Source: Truepera sp.
GTDB taxonomy: Bacteria; Deinococcota; Deinococci; Deinococcales; Trueperaceae
DNA: 64,000 nucleotides
Reading direction: 5' to 3'
Assembly: GCA_965218435.1 (NCBI GenBank)
Contig: CBDCKW010000009.1
Location: 928,001 to 992,000, forward strand
The position numbers were made by a program, and so were the translations under genes. The notes beneath the pieces are model-generated. The model worked only from the letters and a program-made list of their open reading frames with translations. It did not search any database and was not told where the DNA came from. Below, one piece after another: positions 62,823-64,000 of this stretch (position 1 is the stretch's first letter; the number at the start of each line of letters is the position of its first letter).

Positions 62823-64000
62823 TTGACAACTTTGACAAAGAGAAAGCTCGAGACCCAGCTCTGGAACATTGCCGACAGCTTGCGCGGCAAGATGAACGCC
62901 GACGAATTCCGCGACTACTGCTTGGGGTTTATCTTCTACAAATACCTGTCCGAACGCCTCGAGACCTGGGCAGACAGCATCTTAAAAGACGAAGGGGTGA
63001 CGTTTACAGCCTTAGACGAAACGACCGCCGACGGTAGCGAAATGCTCGAGGCACTCCGCGAAGAGGCGCTCGGCGCACTCGGTTACTTTCTAACCCCGGC
63101 GGAGCTGTTTCACACTTTAGCGGGGCGGGGTAAACAGGGCGAGTTTATCCTGGGCGAGCTGCAAACGGTCTTGAACAACATCGAACAGTCCACGATGGGC
63201 ACGGCGAGCGAAGACGACTTCGACCACCTCTTTGAAGACTTAGACCTGACCAGTACCAAGCTCGGACGGTCTGAGGGTGCCAAAAACACCCTCATTGCCA
63301 AGATCATGGGACAGCTCGACAGCATCGACTTTCAGCTCGAGCAAACCGATAGCGACGTGTTAGGCGACGCCTACGAATACCTGATCGGGCAGTTTGCCAG
63401 CGGCGCGGGGAAAAAAGCCGGGGAGTTCTACACCCCCAGCCAGGTCTCTACGATTCTTGCCAAGATCGTCACTACCGGCAAAGTCAAGCTCAAGAGCATC
63501 TATGACCCGACCTGCGGCTCGGGCTCGCTACTGTTGCGCGTGGCGCGTGAAGTGGACTCGGTAGGCGACTACTACGGGCAGGAGATGAACCGCACCACCT
63601 TCAACCTCGCCCGGATGAACATGATCATGCACGGCGTTCACTACCGCAACTTCAACCTGCGCCAAGAGGACACCTTGGAGCACCCCCAGCACCAAGACAT
63701 GCGTTTTGAAGCGGTGGTGGCGAATCCCCCCTTTAGCGCGAAGTGGAACGCCAACCCCATCTTTCAAAGCGACGACCGCTTTAGTCCCTACGGCAGACTT
63801 GCCCCTTCATCGAAAGCCGATTACGCCTTTGTCCAGCACATGCTCTACCAGCTCGGCGAAAACGGCACGATGGCGGTCATCTTGCCGCACGGGGCGCTGT
63901 TTCGGGGCGGGGCCGAGGGACACATCCGGCAGTACCTCATCAAAGATCAGAACTGGCTCGACGCGGTGATCGGCCTCCCCGCTAACATCTTTTACGGCAC
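62823..64000 (+). CDS. hsdM: Type I R-M methyltransferase subunit (partial, runs off the right edge)
   Basis: LWNIADSLRGKM, LGDAYEYL, GEFYTP, DPTCGSGSLL, ANPPF. Confidence 0.95.
   Translation, partial: MTTLTKRKLETQLWNIADSLRGKMNADEFRDYCLGFIFYKYLSERLETWADSILKDEGVTFTALDETTADGSEMLEALREEALGALGYFLTPAELFHTLAGRGKQGEFILGELQTVLNNIEQSTMGTASEDDFDHLFEDLDLTSTKLGRSEGAKNTLIAKIMGQLDSIDFQLEQTDSDVLGDAYEYLIGQFASGAGKKAGEFYTPSQVSTILAKIVTTGKVKLKSIYDPTCGSGSLLLRVAREVDSVGDYYGQEMNRTTFNLARMNMIMHGVHYRNFNLRQEDTLEHPQHQDMRFEAVVANPPFSAKWNANPIFQSDDRFSPYGRLAPSSKADYAFVQHMLYQLGENGTMAVILPHGALFRGGAEGHIRQYLIKDQNWLDAVIGLPANIFYG

Overview
64 kb bacterial window. Gene content and style suggest Deinococcota (Trueperaceae-like); this is an inference. 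It has five zones. (1) 1-6.3 kb: a decayed mobile-element region with two tandem modules, each wHTH gene + unannotated hydrophobic peptide gene + variable membrane-anchored cargo, plus IS200, IS21 and ISAs1 remnants. (2) 6.4-27 kb: mostly intact housekeeping genes (SLC13 permease, lon, ltaE, aroE, ABC-2 exporter, dinB) with one IS5 and a tRNA-Pro 3' remnant. (3) 27-39 kb: pseudogenes and an IS pile-up, including IS630 > group II intron > IS3 nesting and an ISAs1-type MITE. (4) 39-47 kb: a probable general-stress cluster (aquaporin, three YsnF/AvaK paralogs) opposite a PAS-LuxR regulator. (5) 47.75 kb to the end: an element integrated at tRNA-Val(GAC), carrying type III R-M, an IS1595 with a P63C passenger, an xis-primase-DUF3987 replication module with iteron-like repeats and a perfect 21-bp palindrome, and the start of hsdM. 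The most unusual observations are the wHTH-peptide-cargo array, related 31-40 nt double-hairpin insertions inside two unrelated transposases, and strong CTCGAG over-representation.
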